Shown piece after piece: positions 63,722 to 64,000 of a stretch of 64,000 nucleotides of DNA (positions within the stretch are counted from its first letter, which is position 1; each line of letters starts with the position of its first letter). Both the position numbers and the translations under genes were made by a program. This DNA comes from Octopus sinensis (lineage: Eukaryota), in NCBI RefSeq assembly GCF_006345805.1, contig NC_043021.1, positions 26,474,001-26,538,000 of the forward strand, written 5' to 3'. The notes below the pieces were generated by a model that had not been told where the DNA came from, did no database searches, and was given only the letters and a program-made list of their open reading frames with translations.

Positions 63722-63797
63722 ATGTTTTATTCAAGAACCTCTGCTGTCGGCAAGAGATTGCCGCCTTTTGGGTTTCGAGGCCCTAAACAAATACAAA
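63722..63797 (+). CDS. Putative first coding segment MFYSRTSAVGKRLPPFGFRGPKQIQ (mitochondrial-presequence-like) in exon 63696-63797
   Basis: Acceptor TTCTTCTTTCTCACAG|63696, ATG at 63722 and donor AAA|GTAACT at 63798, inside a CpG-rich block. A possible upstream donor CCG|GTAAAA is at 63432. Confidence 0.4.
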
Positions 63798-64000
63798 GTA
63801 ACTAAATTCAATGAATAATGAAAACCACCATTTGTTTTTATGTAACCTAGTGTCAGGTTTAATGTTATATAAACTAGTGTCATGTTATGTAATAATACAG
63901 TCTGAGGTCGTTCCCTCTTCGCAGCGTTGATTGTTAAACGTGTTTCCGTTATCTCGTAAACACGGGTTTATTGTAAATAGCTCGGGCTCTCTGTGTGTGT

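Overview
AT-rich eukaryotic genomic DNA, very rich in microsatellites and interspersed repeats. The repeat families and their density suggest a coleoid cephalopod, most likely Octopus (inference from family recognition, no database search). No complete protein-coding gene is visible and almost all ORFs in the supplied track are repeat or microsatellite artefacts. Gene evidence is limited to CpG-retaining promoter-like blocks with splice signals: a probable non-coding first exon ending at 5909, a first coding exon MNEKDHMNTSQ at 42969-43001, a block at 57-58 kb, and a small exon at 63696-63797. The rest is decayed mobile DNA: RTE LINEs (the best copy, 37754-39780, has a PHD-type zinc finger inserted in its RT), CR1-type LINE 3' ends, Penelope-like remnants, three mariner derivatives, piggyBac-, Merlin-, Helitron- and Helentron-like non-autonomous elements, a Gypsy integrase fragment and several tRNA-derived SINE families. 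The most interesting observations are two ribozyme-like motifs in non-autonomous retroelements: an HDV-like fold at the 5' end of a two-copy ~555-bp element, and a degenerate hammerhead whose cleavage triplet coincides with the boundary of a 145-bp inverted repeat. Several near-identical local inverted duplications could form long dsRNA. Coordinates of decayed elements are approximate.
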